From Chiloscyllium plagiosum (lineage: Eukaryota): a stretch of DNA of 64,000 bases. The translations under genes were made by a program, and so were the position numbers. This document shows, piece by piece, positions 24,212-37,029 of this stretch (its first letter is position 1; each line of letters begins with the position of its first letter). The notes under the pieces are model-generated. The model saw only the letters and a program-made list of their open reading frames with translations. It was not told the DNA's origin and made no database searches. Location of the stretch: the NCBI RefSeq assembly GCF_004010195.1, contig NC_057718.1, positions 11,249,569 to 11,313,568 of the forward strand, in the 5' to 3' direction.

Positions 24212-24937
24212 TGGCGCGTCGGAGACTGAGGGGTGACCTTATAGAGGTTTACAAAATTATGAGGGACGTGGATAGGATAAATAGACAAAATCTTTTCCCT
24301 GGGGTCGGGGAGTCCAGAGTGGGCGGCACGGTAGCACAGTGGTTAGCACTGCTGCCTCACAGCGCCAGAGACCCGGGTTCAATTCCCGCCTCAGGCGACT
24401 GACTGTGTGGAGTTTGCACATTCTCCCCGTGTCTGCGTGGGTTTCCTCCGGGTGCTCCGGTTTCCTCCCACACTCCAAAGATGTGCAAGTCAGGTGAATT
24501 GGCCATGCTAAATTGCCCGTAGTGTTAGGTAAAGGGGTAAATGTAGGGGTATGGGTGGGTTACGCTTCGGCGGGTCGGTGTGGACTTGTTGGGCCGAAGG
24601 GCCTGTTTCCACACTGTAAGTAATCTAATCTAATCTAATCTAAACTAGAGGGCATAGGTTTAGGGTGAGAGGGGAAAGATATAAAAGAGACCTCAGGGGC
24701 AACTTTTTCACGCAGAGGGTGGTATGTGTATGAAATGAGCTGCCAGAGGATGTGGTGGAGGCTGGTACAATCGCAACATTTAAGAGGCATTTTGATGGGT
24801 ATATGAATAGGAAGGGTAAGGAGGGATACGGGCCGGGTGATGATAGGTGGGACTAGATTGGGTTGGGATATCTGGTCGGCATGGATGGGGTTGGACCGAA
24901 GGGTCTGTTTCCATGCTGTACATCTCTATGACTCTCT
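24212..24937 (+). mobile_element. CR1 3' fragment split by a young HE1, itself nested in an older minus-strand CR1 (~24090-24200, 24940-25115)
   Basis: RRRLRGDLIEVYKIMR...gagtccaga|actagagggcatagg; (ctctatga)n tail. Confidence 0.9.
24321..24642 (+). mobile_element. HE1-type V-SINE, full length, young
   Basis: A-box head, B-box gggttcaattccc, V-domain, CR1-like tail and (taatc)n; CpGs retained. Confidence 0.95.
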
Positions 24938-25429
24938 GATTAAAAATCTGTTTGTACCAGCCTTGAATATACTACATCCAACCTCTTCAGCCCTATGCAG
25001 TATAGAGTTGCACAGATTCATCACTGTCTGAGAGGGAAACAACACTCCTCCTCGTCTCTGTCTTAAATAGGTGCCTCCTTATTCTGGGATTATGCCCCCT
25101 GACCCTCGAGTCTTCCATTTTATGAAACCTGCTGGAAGTTATTGTGTAAGAATGAGGTGAGAGTTAGATTGCCCTGCAATATGATTCCAGCTTACTTGTG
25201 ATCACTCATTAACAAGGAACTTACAAGAACTCAACAGTAACGAGGGGTCAGCATCAACAGGAGAAGATTTCCAATAAAATGAAGAATGGGACACTTGCAT
25301 TTATGTAGCACCTTTCTCAATCACTGGATGTCTCAAAGCACTTTATAGCCAATGAAGTTCCTTTGAAGCATAGTCACTATTATATCATAATGACTATACT
25401 TTTATTCTAATATATTAGAATAAATTATA

Positions 25430-26025
25430 TTCAAGGCTGAGATAAACAGATTTTTAATCACCAAGAGAGTCACAATTTAGAGGGAGTTGAGGATTATCAG
25501 ATCAGTCATGAGGTTCAGAAAAGATTTACAAGGATGTTGCTGGGCTTGGAAGGTTTGAGCTATAGAGAGAGGCTGAATAGGCTGGGGCTGTTTTCCCTGG
25601 AGCGTCGGAGGCTGAGGGGTGACCTTATAGAGGTTTGTGTAATCATGAGGGGTGTGGATAGGATAAATAGACCGGGTGGGGGAGTCCATAACTGGGTGGC
25701 ATAGGTTTAAGGTAAGAGGGGAAATATATAAATTGGACCTAAGGGGCAACCTTTTCACACAGAGGGTGGTGTGTGTATGGAGTGAGCTGCCAGAGGAAGT
25801 GGTGGAGGCCGGTACAGTTACAGCATTTAAAAGGCATCTGGATGGTTTATGAATAGAAAGGGTTTAGAGGATATGGGCCAAGTGCTGGCAAATGGGACTA
25901 GGTTAGGTTAGGATATCTGGTCAGCATGGCTGAGTTGGACTGAAGGGTCTGTTTCTGTACTGTACCGCTCTTTGACTCTATGACTTTATCACATTGAATA
26001 GCAGAGCAGACTAGATGGGCTGAAC
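25430..26025 (+). mobile_element. CR1 3' fragment (~25510-25985) nested in an older CR1 tail
   Basis: aaagatttacaaggatgttgc...ERLNRLGLFSLERRRLRGDLIEV; (gactctat)n tail. Confidence 0.88.
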
Positions 26026-26522
26026 GTGAGAATGGGAATTAACGTTCCTGGTCATTGCCTGGTCATGTTTCTTTTCCATTGCCCTCACACTGCCTTTGGG
26101 TGGAATATTGACCCCAAACGTGACTGGAAGAAGAACATGGAAGTCCTCTTGTTCCTCCTCCAACCAATAAAAATGTACAATCTCCCCAGTTGCCAATTGT
26201 GACATGTTCCTGTGTGCCTCTTGGCCTGAATCCCAGCAGCTGCACTGATTGTCGGTGCCCGGGTGATTGTGGATGGTCTCAGGAAATGGATGGTCAAGGC
26301 AACCCCCACTTTTCTCCTTGGGGGGAGAATTGTGGGATGGTGGGAGTTGGGGGTGAGGAGGGGAGGTGAGGTTGCCCCATTGTTGAGGAAGGGTCTCAAT
26401 GGTGAGTTCACGGCCTGCAAACTAAACGACAGAGAACTTCAAGCAATGGGGCGTGTGATGAGAAGATAAACCCTCCCAGTCAGTTTTATAAACCGGCCCT
26501 TATGTCTGGGTGGTTCAGAAGA

Positions 26523-26970
26523 CCATAAGAACTCGGAGCAGGAAAAGGCCGTCCGGCCCTTGGGGCCTGCTCCACCACTCAGTACAATCGTGGACTCAGC
26601 TCCACTGTCTCTCTTAATTCATGCACTGTTCAAAAAATTACAAATCTTAACTTGAAAAGCCTCAACGACTTCCCTGGGCAGGGAATTCCACAGATTCACA
26701 ACCCTCTGGGTGAAGAAGTTCCTTCTCAATTCAGTCCTAAATCTGCCCCCCCTAATTTTGAGGCTCTGTCCTCTTGTCCTAGTCTCACCCGCCAGTGGAA
26801 ATATCCTCTCTACTTCTATCTTATCTATTCCCTTCAGAATTTTATACATTCCTATAAATCCCCTTATTCTTCTAAATTCCAATGAGTGTAATCCCAGTCT
26901 ACTCAGCCTCTCCTCATAAACCAACCCCCCCTCAACTCCGGAATCAACCTAGTGAGCCTCCTCTGCATTC
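26523..26970 (-). mobile_element. CR1 3' fragment
   Basis: YEERLSRLGLHSLEFRR...TRTRGQSLKI...RRNFFTQRVVNLWNSLP. Confidence 0.9.
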
Positions 26971-27029
26971 CTCTGCACTGCACTATGATTTAGTGATAGC
27001 ATGGCCAACTGTGACTCTAATAACAAACT

Positions 27030-27250
27030 GTGCTGGCACTGCAGGGCAGAACTGAGGGAGTGCTGCACTATTGGAGGTACTGCCTTTCAGAGGCAAGGTC
27101 AAACTGAGATCTGGCTTCCTCCCTGGGGTGTCCAAACTTTATTCATGGAACACTGTCAAAATTCCCCCTCACGTTCAACGTTTACCCCTTCGATGAGGCA
27201 GTTAACCTGGATACTACGACAGCATCATTTGTGGGAGCTGCAAATTTTGT
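27030..27250 (+). mobile_element. Deu-domain SINE fragment
   Basis: actgagggagtgctgcactattggaggtactgcctttcag. Confidence 0.55.
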
Positions 27251-27794
27251 ACATTAAGGCAGAGATAACGCGGCTTGAAAGAGCACCACCCCCCCCTGCA
27301 CTGCAGGGACTGTGTTTCAATGACACAGAGTGGAGGGACAACTTACAACAGCGATGCTTCCACCAGCTTTGATGGGAGGATGATCGAATGAGTGTTGATG
27401 AATCCTTCTTGAGATCAGCTCCATAAGTATCCAGGTCAAACTCAGGCCAAACCAACTCCAATTAACCCGACACCGTGTCTGAACACCTGGAAAGCATTTT
27501 GCCCGCCAAGGCTTGGTCTGTCAACTCTCGAATGGCCAGGGAACAGGACAAAGTTAAATTCTACAGGAGCACACTGAGGCTCAGCTGCATTGACCCTGAG
27601 GAGCTCATGGGGACAACTCGTTCATGGAGCTGCGAAGCTTTTTATGTCCTGATGGCTTAATGATGAGGTGTGGAATGAAGACATTCCTGTTCCCCAACTC
27701 CTACAATATCATGGGACACCCTCCTCCATCCCTGCAGGTCAACCATCGACCTGCACACTCGTGTAAAGACCCTGAATAGGTAAAATCACCATCA

Positions 27795-28016
27795 CCCTGC
27801 CAGACCAGAGGCTTGCTCTCTCATTAGAGAGAGAGAAAGAGACAGAGAGAGAGAGACAAAGAGAGAACTGGTGGTGGTTTATTCGGAGGGTCACTGCGCC
27901 TCAGGAGGAAGGGAGAGGTTGAGAAGGCGAGATACCTTCATGGTGACCTCGGTCAGTGTGACACACTGTTGGCATCACTCCACACCACAAACCAGGCATC
28001 CAACCGAGCTAACCGA
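27795..28016 (-). mobile_element. SINE family 3
   Basis: ctctctcattagagagag...ggtggtggttt...catccaaccgagctaaccga (A-box-like head, reversed). Confidence 0.65.
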
Positions 28017-28809
28017 GAGACAGCTGGCAGTAATTCCGAAGTACTCCCATTGGCCGGAAAGCACTCGGGGACATCCTGAAGTTGTATTGGGAATTGTATA
28101 AAGGTCAGCTTATTCCTTCCTCGATGTTAGCTATTTTAACCCAGCAATTCCCTGCTGGATAAAACAGCAAACATTGCTCCCCTAAGGAGAAAAGTCTCAC
28201 CTGAAGCCAAGCCGTCTGTGTTGACAGCGAGCGGAAAATCTCTTATTACAGTTTCAAGTTGACGTTTTGTTTTCCCACCGATGCCCCTTCCCTTTCCTCT
28301 GAGAAACTTTCCATTCTGGGAGGGGATTGTTCGCTGGTGACTAGCAGCTCAGCCACGGCACTCCTCAAAAGCTGTGCCTGTGTGGTTTCTCCTTTGACCT
28401 GTGCCTGAGGAGGAGATGTGGAGGAGTTAGGTTTAACCTGCCCCCTGACTGCTTCCCCCCATTGAGCTGAGGGGCGGGGGGATGTCGGTGTAACAGCTGG
28501 GTTCCAGTGCTGTCCCATGCTTTGGGTAATTTCCAAAACCTCCCCCCCCCCGACAAGAGATGGTAGAATTTGAAGACTAACCTCCCAACATTGCTGTGAG
28601 CGACTTGGGTTGAAAGTCATTAATTTTTTTTCAAAAGAAAGACATTCATAGGAACGTAGGATGGGCCAGCATTTATTGCCTGGGGGAAGGTTAAGAGTCA
28701 ACCGCATTATAGAATCCTTACTGTTCAGTCCATCGAGTCTGCACCGACACTGCATACAGCATCCCACCATGACCCTCCCCAGCCCCATAACCCTAAGTGG
28801 GTCTTTACC

Positions 28810-29200
28810 ATAGAAACGTAGAAGATAGGAGCAGGAAGAGGCCATTCGGCCCTTAAAGCCTGCTCTGCCATTCATCACAATCTTGGCTGATCGTCCAACT
28901 CAATAGCCTAATCCTGCTTTCTCCCCATAACCTTCATTTGCCCCAATGCTATATATAGCCACTTCTAAAGTACATTCAATATTTTGGCATCAACTGCTTC
29001 CTGTGGTAACGAATCCCACAGGCTCATCACTCCCTGGGTGAAGAAATGTCTCCTCATCTCCATGTCCGAAATGGTCCACCCCAAAGCCTCAGCCTGTGAT
29101 TCTTGAACCCACCATCGAGAACAACCTCCCTCCTGCATCTACCCTGTTAAATGTTTATAAGCCGATATGAGCTCGTACCTCATTCGTCTGAACCCTGCAG
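28810..29200 (-). mobile_element. CR1 3' fragment
   Basis: ataggagcaggaagaggccattcggccc...ccctgggtgaagaaatgtctcctcatc. Confidence 0.8.
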
Positions 29201-29237
29201 ATTTCTGCACAACTGCATGGCCAATCCATCTAACCAG

Positions 29238-29500
29238 CAACAGAAACAGAAATTGTTGGAGAAGTTTGGCAGGTTTGGTAATATCTGTGGAGAGAAAGCA
29301 GAGTTAAGTCCAAAGATGTGCAGGTCAGGTGAATTGGCCATGCTAAATTGTCCGTAGTGTTAGGTGGGGGGTCGGTGTAGGGGTATGGGTGGTTTGCGCT
29401 TCGGCGGGTCGGTGTGGGCTTGTTGGGCCGAGGGGCCTGTTTCCACACTATAAAGTAATCTAATCTAAAACGTTTCGGGTTGAGTGACCCTTCCTTAGAA
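29238..29500 (-). mobile_element. PLE family B terminus split by a 5'-truncated HE1 (+, ~29308-29468)
   Basis: gagaaagcagagttaa | HE1 | aacgtttcgggttgagtgacccttccttagaa. Confidence 0.75.
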
Positions 29501-29529
29501 GTATCCACCTAACATGCACATCCTCAATT

Positions 29530-30440
29530 CAGGTCAGGAGTCACGTGTAGACCAGACTAGGCAAGGGCAGATGACTTCCTTCCGTAATGAGTGAACCTCA
29601 GTGACAGATTTTCAATAATAAAGTCACTGCTATTCCAGATTTTATTGAATTCAAATTTCACCATCTGACATGGTGGGATTTGAATTCAATAGCTGGATAT
29701 TAAGAATCTAATCACTACTATAAATCCATTGCCAATTGTCGGGAAAAGCCCCATCTGGTTCACTAATCTCCTTTAGGGAAGGAAGTCTGTCATCCTTACC
29801 TGCTTAAAAATGTGTTACTGGAAAAGCGCAGCAGGTCAGGCAGCATCAAAGGAGAAGGAGAATCGACGTTTCGGGAATAAGCCCTTCTTCAGGAATGAGG
29901 AAGGTGTGCCAAGCAGGCTAAGATAAAAGGTAGGGAGGAGGGACTTGGGAGAGGGGCGTTGGGAATACGATAGGTGGAAGGAGGTTAAGGTGAAGGTCCT
30001 TGGTGGAGTGGGAGGGGGAGTTAAAGTGTTCAGCCACAGGGCGGTTGGGTTGGTTGGTGCGGGTGTCCCAGAGGTGTTCTCTGGAACGTTCCGCAAGTAG
30101 GCGGCCTGTCTCCCCAATATAGAGGAGGCCACATTGGGTGCAGCGGATGCAGTAAATGATGTGTGTGGAGGTGCAGGTGAATTTCTGATGGATATGGAAG
30201 GTCCTTATGCCCGATACGTCGATTCTCCTCTTCCTTTGATGCTGCCTGACCTGCTGCGCTTTTCCAGTAACACATTTTTAAGCTCTGATCTCCAGCATCT
30301 GCAGTCCTCACTTTCACTTGTCATCCTTACCTGGTCTGGCCTACATGTGACTCCAGGCTCACAGCAATGTGGTTGACTCACAACTGCCCTCTGGACAATT
30401 AGGGATGGGCAATAAATGCTGCTGAGCCATCATCCCATGA
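29530..30440. mobile_element. SINE family 2 pieces hosting a PLE insertion
   Basis: ctggttcactaatctcctttagggaagg...|...ctggtctggcctacatgtgactccagg...catcccatgaatgaataaa. Confidence 0.75.
29803..30318 (-). mobile_element. Internally deleted Penelope-like element with a GIY-YIG endonuclease fragment and inverted terminus
   Basis: Minus strand reads FTCTSTHIIYCIRCTQCGLLYIGETGRLLAERSREH...PVAEHFNSPSHS; perfect 15-bp TSD tgtcatccttacctg (29788-802, 30319-33). Confidence 0.92.
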
Positions 30441-31142
30441 ATGAATAAAGGAAAAAAAGTGAAAGGTGCTATTGAAATGCAGGTCATTTTGCTTTCTCTC
30501 CTTCTTGCTTCTTGAAGGGATAGAACATTTTCCTCAGGCGTTCTGAAGAAGGGTTACGCCAGACTCAAAACCCTTAGCTCTGTTCTTTTCTCTCTCTCTC
30601 TACATAGAAGCTGTTAGACCCACTGCATTTGTCCAGCACTCTTTTTAAAATTTCCTCAACAGTTTTCAACTCAGAGAATTCACGAACCCTTCTGTATTGA
30701 CAATGTGTAGGCTTCTCTGAATCAACTGAGGCCTAAACCCTGCAATCGGCCAACCTGACTGCAAAAACAGTCACTTCACGGGAGTGGGGAGGGTTAAGTA
30801 ATGGAACATATGAAGCAGGCCAGGGCCCAGGAGGGACTGACTCTGACTGTGCCTTGGAGACTTGAATTAAAAGCCACAGGAAATCTGAACTTCTCTGAGG
30901 AACAAAAGGGGATCAGAGAGGGAGAGACAGACAGGCAGACAAACAGGGAGCCCCATGACGATCTGTTTCAAAGCATTTGGACTCATAAAAGACAGTGAAA
31001 CATTCAGGGTCAAAGTCTGGCAGTTAAATGTCTGATGTGAACTAGATGCCTTTGTAGATTAGGCCGTGTGCTCCCCCGTTCAAGATCCACACTGGCATCA
31101 GCTCAAAGTGACGGAGCGAAACGAGGAGACAGAAACCTGAGG

Positions 31143-31630
31143 CCATGAGACATAGGAGCGGAAGTGGGCCATTCAGCCCATCAGGTCTGCTCCGCCATTT
31201 TACAAGATCATGGATGATCCGCTACTCCTGAATTTCACTTTCCTGCTTTTTCCCATAAACCTCAATTCCCTTCCTGATCAAAAATCTGTCTCAGCTTTGC
31301 ATATATTGAATGACCCAGCTTGGAAAGTCCCATGTGGTAAAGAATTCCACCTATACCCAACTCTCTGAGAGAGGAAATTCCTCCTTATCTCTTTTAAACA
31401 TGTGACCCCTTATCCTGAGATGATGCCCTCTGGCCCTGGAATCTCTCACAAGGGAAAGCAACCATCCAGGAAACACTTCGATCCTGTCAAGTCCCTTAAG
31501 AATCCTGCACATTTCCATAAGGTCACCTCTCACTCTTATAAATTCTAACAAGTACAGGCCCAAACTGCTCAACATCTCCTCACAAGACAGTCCCTCCACA
31601 CCCAGGAGCCGTCGAGTGAACCTTTTCCAG
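31143..31630 (-). mobile_element. CR1 3' fragment
   Basis: GLSCEEMLSSLGLYLLEF.RVRGDL...SRARGHHLRIRG. Confidence 0.85.
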
Positions 31631-31929
31631 CCAGACCTTGCAGGGATGACATGCCCCTTTCCCTCTAAGGCACAGAACCAGCTGAAGGTTTAGGACAATC
31701 TGATATATTTCTGGGTCTTTTGCATTGAAACACCTGATCAGCGATAAGACACTGGGTCCAGGTACACAGGATGGTGGGGTGGGGCTCTAAGACCCCTGCT
31801 TTTCCTGATGTTATGTTAATTTGGTAGCCAGGGATCAATTCCACATCTAGCAGATGACACAAATAATGAAGTGAACTGTGACTGCGGGGAGGATGGTGAT
31901 AGGTTTCAAGAGAAGGCTGAAGCATATAG

Positions 31930-32615
31930 GGTAGTGGTTGTATGGTGGCAATCTCACTGGATTGGTAATCCAGAAACCCCAGGCTAACGTTCTGTGGGAC
32001 GTGTGTTTGAAACCTACCAGAGCACCTGATGAAAACATTGATAGGGGTCAGGTGGCATGGCGGCTCAGTGGTTAGCACCGCTGCCTCACGGCGCCAGGGA
32101 CCCGAGTTTGATTCCGGCCTCGGGAGATTGTCTGTGTGGTGCTTGTACATTCTCCCCGTGTCTGGGTGGGTTTCCTCCGGGTGCTCCGGTTTCATCTCAC
32201 AGTCCAAAGATGTGAGGTTAGGTAGATTAACCATGCTAAATTGCCCGTAATGTTCAGGGATGAGTTGGTTAGGTGGATAAGTCATGGTAAATGCAGGGTT
32301 GGTGGAGGACGGTTGGATCTGGTTGGTTCACTATGAACTCAATGGGTTGAATGGCCTGCTCCCAAGCTGTAACGATTCTACGAAGAACTGGAATGTAAAG
32401 CTGGCTTAAGAGTATCACCACTGTCAATTGCTCATTAAAACCCCATCTGGTTCACTAATGCCCTTTAGGCAAGGGACTCTGCTGTCCTTACCTGGACTGG
32501 CCTACATATGACTGCAGAACCACAGCAAAATGGTTGATTCTTAACAGCCCTCTGGGCAATTAGGGATGGGCAATAAATGTTGGCCTGGTCAGTGACACCT
32601 ACATCCTGTGAATGA
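31930..32615 (+). mobile_element. SINE family 2 split by an HE1-type SINE (~32050-32380)
   Basis: Family 2 head tcactggattggtaatccaga; HE1 ggtggcatggcggctcagtggttagc; family 2 body resumes at ccccatctggttcactaatg. Confidence 0.8.
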
Positions 32616-32799
32616 CTAGAGAAAATGGGATTTAATTCAGGAATGAGCGATGCTGGTAAAATTATAACATTGTATTTGGCAGAATGGGGAGAGGCAATAG
32701 AAACGTTAAAAGGGGTGCAGGGAAGGCGGCTAGGAATATAAAGATACAGAGAAACCACTGATGGTGCCAGGGCAGTTAGAGAAAGTGGTCACACTTACC

Positions 32800-33110
32800 G
32801 TACAGTACTGAGAGAATACTGCCCTGTCGGAGGTGCTGTTTATTTGGATGAGATGTTAAACTCGGGCTCACCTGCTGGGTAGACAGAAGATCCTATGGTG
32901 CTGTTCATGGCTGAGCAGCAGAGCACCCTGGGCAATAGCTGTGGCTTAATGGATATCTCAGGAATCCAGTCGTTATCACAGTGCTGAGTGTGGGAGCTGC
33001 CTGTCTGCGAAATGTGGCTACACTTCATAAGTATCACATTGACTGTAAAGCACTTTAAGACTTCGAGTGATTGTGAAAGATACCATGTAAATGCTACCCT
33101 TTCCCTTTTT
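32800..33110 (+). mobile_element. Deu-domain SINE (SacSINE1-like)
   Basis: cagtactgagagaatactgccctgtcggaggtgctg...tttggatgagatgttaaac...agatcctatggtgct; L2-type tail ctgtaaagcacttt...gtgaaagataccatgtaaatgc. Confidence 0.75.
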
Positions 33111-33137
33111 TAAACAAAGCGCAGAGGACCCTGGGCT

Positions 33138-34239
33138 GAAAAATGTGTTGCTGGAAAAGCGCAGCAGGTCAGGCAGCATCCAAGAAGCAGGAGAATCGAC
33201 GTTCCGGGCATAAGCCCTTCTTCAGGAATGAGGAAGGTGTGCCAAGCGGGCTAAGATAAAAGGTAGGGAGGAGGGACATGGGGGAGGGGCGTTGGGAATG
33301 CGATAGGTGGAAGGAGGTTAAGGTGAGGGTGGATAGGCCGGAGTGGGGTGGGGGCGGAGAGGTCAGGAAGAAGATTCCAGGTTAGGAAGGCGGTGCTGNN
33401 NNNNNNNNNNNNNNNNNNNNNNNNNNNNNNNNNNNNNNNNNNNNNNNNNNNNNNNNNNNNNNNNNNNNNNNNNNNNNNNNNNNNNNNNNNNNNNNNNNNN
33501 NNNNNNNNNNNNNNNNNNNNNNNNNNNNNNNNNNNNNNNNNNNNNNNNNNNNNNNNNNNNNNNNNNNNNNNNNNNNNNNNNNNNNNNNNNNNNNNNNNNN
33601 NNNNNNNNNNNNNNNNNNNNNNNNNNNNNNNNNNNNNNNNNNNNNNNNNNNNNNNNNNNNNNNNNNNNNNNNNNNNNNNNNNNNNNNNNNNNNNNNNNNN
33701 NNNNNNNNNNNNNNNNNNNNNNNNNNNNNNNNNNNGGTGAGGACCAGTGGGGTTCTGTCCTGGTGGCGATTGGAGGGGCGTGGTTCAAGGGCGGAGGAGC
33801 GGGAAGTGGAGGAGATGCGATGGAGAGCATCGTCAACCACGTCTGAGGGGAAATTGTGGTCTTTGAAGAAGGAGGCCATCTGGGTTTTTCGGTATTGGAA
33901 TTGGTCCTCCTGGGAGCAGATGCGGCGGAGACGAAGGAATTGGGAATATGGAATGACGTTTTTACAGGGGGCAGGGTGGGAGGAGGTGTAGTCTAGGTAG
34001 CTGTGGGAGTCGGTCGGTTCATAGTAAATGTCCGTGTTGAGTCGGTCGTCCGAGATAGAGATGGAGAGGTCTAGGAAGGGGAGAAAGGAGTCTGAGACGG
34101 TCCAGGTAAATTTGAGGTCGGGGTGGAAGGTGTTCGTAAAGTGGATGAACTATTCAACCTCCTCGTGGGAGCACGAGGTAGCGCCGATACAGTCATCAAT
34201 GTAGCGGAGGAACAGGTGGGGTGTGGTGCCAGTGTAGCT
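33138..34239 (-). mobile_element. 5'-truncated Penelope-like element with an RT fragment (spans the N-gap)
   Basis: Minus strand reads LFLRYIDD (RYIDD at 34192-34206)...LPFLDL...SYLDYTSSHP...IPYSQFLRLRRICS with an in-frame stop; 12-bp TSD ggaccctgggct (33126-37, 34240-51). Confidence 0.92.
33399..33735. other. Assembly gap (337 N)
   Basis: Run of N. Confidence 1.
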
Positions 34240-34291
34240 GGACCCTGGGCTTTACAAGGAAAAGCATAGAATATGAAAGTAAATATGCTCT

Positions 34292-34572
34292 GATTAGATT
34301 AGATTCCCTACAGTATGGAAACAGGCCCTTCAGCCCAACAAGTCCACACATACCCCACAAAAGAGAAACCCACCCAGACCCATTTCTCTTTGACCTAACT
34401 CTACGGGTAATTTAGCATGGCCAATTCACCTGACCTGCACATCTTTGGACTGTGGGAGGAAACCCACGCAGACACAGGGAGAGTATGCAAACTCTACACA
34501 GACAGTTGCCCAAGGCTGGAATCAAACCTGGGACCCTGGTGCTGTGAGGCAGCAGTGCTAACACTGTGTCAC
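34292..34572 (-). mobile_element. HE1-type V-SINE
   Basis: gattagattagattccctacag...cacctgacctgcacatctttggactgtggg...gctgtgaggcagcagtgctaac. Confidence 0.88.
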
Positions 34573-35544
34573 CTCAGTGAACCATTATATAAAACTCTGG
34601 TTTGGCTTCATCTAGAGCACTAGGGGGACCTCGATTTCATAAGTTCATAAGATATAGGAGCCGAATTAGGCCATTCGGCCCATCGAGTCTGCTCCTCACC
34701 CCTATTTTCCTGCCTCCTCTATTCAACCCATCACCAATTAAAAATCTAACTCCTCCTTATGAACATCTGACTTACAAACACTTGTACTTATGAATGTGAC
34801 CCCATACAGGGGTGTAATTTTAAAGATCTGACATACGAATGTTTCCTGTACTTACCTTAATAAACGGTTACTTTCTATTGTCCTGCACTGTGTTCCGACT
34901 TGCAGACAAATTGACTTGCAAACAGTCTCAGCGATGGAACCAGTTTGCAGGGCAGAGATTGCCTATATTGTGGGCATCACACTCTGGGAAGGATGTGGAT
35001 GTGGAATGCGTTCATGAGAGTGATTCTGGAGATGAGGAACTTTGGTTAAACAAATAGACTGAGAGGCTGTCGTCTTACAGAGAGGACAGTTGAAAGGTGT
35101 GACAAAATCATGAGGAATTGAGGGAGAAACTATTCCCAGAGCTGGGAACGTTGAGAACAAAAGGGCACCCATTTGAGGCAATTGGCTAAAAAACCAAAGG
35201 TGACTTGAGGAAGACTGCATTAGTGCAGCAACTGGTAGGGTATAGCTGGCACAGCCTGAGCATGCGATGAGGGCAGGTTCATGCTGACCAGACATCCCAG
35301 TGTTCCTGGGACAGTCGTGTTTTAGTTGGTGTCTGGACAGTTTCCTAAAAATAGTTTAACTGTCCTGCGTTTTACCTATTTGTCAAATTTAAACTGGGCC
35401 TGGGAAGATGGGGTGCGAAATAAGTCTGTGTGAAACCCAATCCTTCTTCTCATAATCTCCCCCAGCATCACAGAGTAGCAGACTCCATATCCCTCCTGAA
35501 AGTGCTGCCTTGCTCAGGTATAGAGAGTTATTCCTAGCTTTTAG

Positions 35545-36347
35545 GCAGTGGTGAGGCCACTTTTGGAATATTGGGTTCAGATCTGGTCTCCCTACTATAG
35601 GAAGGATGTTGTGAAACTTGGAAAGGTTCAGAAAAGATTTACAAGGATGATGCCAGGGTTGGAGGATTTGAGCTATAGGGAGAGGCTGAACAGGCTGGGG
35701 CTGTTTTACCTGGAGTGTCAGAGACTGAGGGCTGACCTTATAGAAGTTTATAAAATCATAAGGGGCATGGATAGGATAAATAGGCAAATAAATAGTCCCT
35801 GGGGTCGGGGAGTCCAGAACTAGAGGGCATAGGTTTAGAGTGAGAGGGGAAAGATATAAAAGAGACCTAAGGGGCAATGTTTTCACGCAGTGGGTGGTAC
35901 GTGTATGGAATGAGCTGCCAGAGGAAGTGGTGGGGGCTGGTACAATTATAGCATTGAAAAGACGTCAAAATGTGTGGTGCTAGAAAAGCATAACAGGTCA
36001 GGCAGCATCTGAGGAGCAGGAGTATCAATGTTTCGAGCATAAGCTCTTCATCAGCTCTCTTCATTCCTGATGAAGAACATAAGCCTGAAATGTTTACTCT
36101 CCTGCTCCTTGGATGCTGCCTGACCAGCAGTGCTTTTCCAGCACCACACATTTCAACTCTCATCTCCAGCATCTGCAGTCCACACTCTCCTCTAGCATTT
36201 AAAAGGGATCTGGATGGGTATATGAATTGGGAGGGTTTAGAGGGATATGGGCCAAGTGCTGGCAAATGGGACTGGATTAGTTTAGGTATCTGGTCAGCAT
36301 GGATAAGTTGGACCGAAGGGTCTGTTCAGTGTTGTACATCCCCATGA
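35545..36347 (+). mobile_element. CR1 3' fragment hosting a PLE inverted pair
   Basis: VRPLLEYWVQIWSPYYRKDVVKL..VQKRFTRMMPGL. Confidence 0.9.
35962..36192. mobile_element. PLE family A inverted pair
   Basis: TSD tagcattgaaaag / tagcatttaaaag (35949-61, 36193-205); minus-strand core ctgatga-a-gagc-ttat-gctc-gaaa. Confidence 0.88.
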
Positions 36348-36777
36348 ACCTGTGGTAAGACACCTTTTAAATAATTGATGGAACAAGGTGCAACCTCTGA
36401 CTGGACATTATCCCAGATCTGTCATCACATGCCACATTGCCCCTTCCTAACACGTCTGCCATTGGTTTCCCAATCTGTCAATCATGCCCAAGCCCACCTT
36501 CCCATGGTTTTCCAACACGTCCCAGTCTGGTCAGCCAAGGCTGGGTCAATAGTGAAAAGGGGTTAAATGGGTTAATCCTGAAACATTCAGTGGTGGTACT
36601 TGTCTGGGTGCATTGCAACTCCGAGGTGGGACTGTTCCCCAGTGGGTGAGAGGCTGACTCTGTATAAGATAACCCTGTGAGAACAGGAATAGGCTTCACT
36701 TTGATAGCGGCTAGGGGATCCTGAGAAACAAAAAAATCACGAAAAGAACTAACACTGGGTAACAGGGGAGGTAAATT

Positions 36778-37027
36778 TGATTTCAGCCTCGGGTGGCTGT
36801 CTGTGCGGAGTTTGCACATTCTTCCTGTGTCTGCGTGGGTTTCCTCCCACAATCACAAAGATGCGCAGGTCAGGTGAATTGGCCACGCTAAATTGCTCCA
36901 TAGTGTTCGGTGCATTAGTCAGGGATAAAGGTCGGGGGATGAGTCTGGGTGGGTTACTCTTCGGAGGGTCGGTGTGGACTTGTTGGGTCGAAGGGCCTGT
37001 TTCCACGCTGTAGGCAATCTAATCTAA
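36778..37027 (+). mobile_element. HE1-type V-SINE, 5'-truncated
   Basis: ggagtttgcacattc...aatctaatctaa. Confidence 0.85.
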
Positions 37028-37029
37028 AT

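Noticed and set aside
24321..24395. tRNA genes at SINE heads
   Set aside because: A and B boxes run directly into V-domain bodies and LINE-derived tails; these are SINEs.
33343..33879. Long ORFs with X runs (also 62007-62936)
   Set aside because: Artefacts of reading through N-gaps.
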